A stretch of 64,000 nt of DNA from Obrimoposthia wandeli (taxonomy: Eukaryota): the NCBI GenBank assembly GCA_977020255.1, contig CDROCS010003840.1:186001-250000 (forward strand), read 5' to 3'. A program made the position numbers and the translations under genes. A model generated the notes under the pieces. It had not been told where the DNA came from. It saw only the letters and a program-made list of their open reading frames with translations, and made no database searches. Positions 62,775 through 64,000 of the stretch are shown piece after piece (the first letter of the stretch is position 1; each line of letters starts with the position of its first letter).

Positions 62775-63186
62775 TATTGGCAGATGCAAAAACCGGAGCC
62801 CTCATTATTACAGCAGGTCTCAATTTACTGACAAACAAAGGTATTTATCAATGCTGAAGTTTAGAGTTGCCCCTCAACAAAGTCATTTAGGTTCACTATT
62901 AGATAGTATTCGTTGGCAAGAGTAATTAAAGTTAGACAAGTCTTTGGTGCCTGTTGTTGATGGAGAAGTAGATTCAGTAAAAAAATCGGAGCCATTTAGA
63001 CTCAGTTTACGCGCTAACTCGAACTATAGCAGGCTCAACGTTCCGTCACTAAGGTAAAGAAGGCTATCTATTTGTTGGGGAAACGACCGTTGAGTTACAT
63101 CGGAGATCTGAAAAGCTTGCTTCAGCACCCACTTGTCGCTTTGTTATGAGCTTAGTCACGGATGACAAAGACAAATAGTTAGCAGG

Positions 63187-64000
63187 ATGGTGTTACTTAT
63201 TAATAACGGATTAATTACCATGCAAACAATTACCAGACCTATTGTTAGTGATGCATTATTAACGTCACTAAAGTCTATTTGGTCAATAGATGAAGAGCAG
63301 ATATACACAAAACTAAAAGAATTGGATTTAGAGCTAAAAATAAGTGATAAAATAATATGTGTTGATGAGGGTGATACAAATAAAAAAATGATCTTCTTTT
63401 TTTTTGGGATAGAACTCTGAATTTTATAGATTGGTGTACTTACAATCATATAGAGCATTATTATGATTTTTTTGAAGGTAGAGTATTCCATGAAAAAGAG
63501 CAGGATTATATTGAATACATTCTCGTATCAAAATACATGTTGTATAAACTACTCCGTAGTCACCCTGCGAGCATAGATGACATACTAAGGTGGAATAAAA
63601 AATCATCTGTTAATGATTTTATTATTAATGAAACAATAAAATTGTTTGTTAAAAATCCCCCATCAGAAAATGTAGCATTGTCATTACCGACGAGAAAATA
63701 TCAAGGGTATTGTAATCAGGCCTTCATTGCATTTATTGTTGGGTACGATGAATCTCATCTCTGTTGTAGTGGATGGCAAGCATCGAAAAGTATAGGTAAC
63801 CCTTCAAAGGAACCTTTGAAGGAGATATGGAATAGCGAGCAGGCGAAAGCATTTAGAAAGTCTATCATTGACGGCTCTTATCGGTACTGTTTAGATGATA
63901 CTTGCCCATTCTTAAGCTCAGATAATAATAACTTCCCTAGATTAGAACAATATCCGACCTCTATTCAAAATGATATCATTCGTGGTGACGGTGTCATGTC
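63187..64000 (+). CDS. SPASM-like Fe-S domain protein (probably radical SAM-associated), apparently frameshifted at 63382-63405 and truncated by window end
   Basis: Frame 63187-63420 plus a second frame open from 63384 to the end: YCNQAF...HLCCSGW...IGN...LKEIWNSEQAKAFRKSIIDGSYRYCLDDTCP. Confidence 0.68.

Noticed and set aside
63000-63160. attC/VCR-like ends (GCTAAC...GCTCAACGTT...GTTATG)
   Set aside because: No coherent palindrome between the putative cores.
62300-63606. ORF-track entries 62300-62563, 63156-63491 and 63424-63606
   Set aside because: Antisense or off-frame shadows of the IS66 remnant and the SPASM-like gene.

Overview
Chromosomal window from a Vibrionaceae bacterium, most plausibly Photobacterium (inferred from gene content, synteny and protein style; not database-checked). 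Order: a 5'-truncated nitrate/nitrite assimilation cluster (nirB, nirD, NarK-type transporter, PP2C-Ser/Thr kinase fusion); an Fe-alcohol dehydrogenase; an orphan nucleotidyltransferase; a cNMP-CBS-DUF294 nucleotidyltransferase + DEDDh nuclease + BCCT transporter trio; a GGDEF pair; cls; an SNF transporter; and RNA-modification genes. Then comes the E. coli-like yci backbone (yciI, yciA, yciB, trp operon, yciV, yciO, rluB, yciK, sohB, yciN, topA, cysB). Departures from that backbone: (i) a type I-beta DAHP synthase is the first gene of the trp operon, behind a TrpR operator and a WWW leader-peptide attenuator; (ii) a decayed IS4 sits exactly in the rluB/yciK terminator with a 12-bp target duplication; (iii) a DUF3100-type transporter pair + M20 amidohydrolase operon converges on a divergent second CysB paralog that has an unannotated 47-aa ORF and terminator just upstream. 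At the right end, only the 3' half of nrdB (plus yfaE) remains, joined through a 7-bp microhomology to an internal IS66 transposase fragment. An AT-rich gene with a SPASM-like Fe-S motif follows; it is missed by the ORF track, is split at a homopolymer tract and runs off the window. No rRNA, tRNA or CRISPR array was seen.
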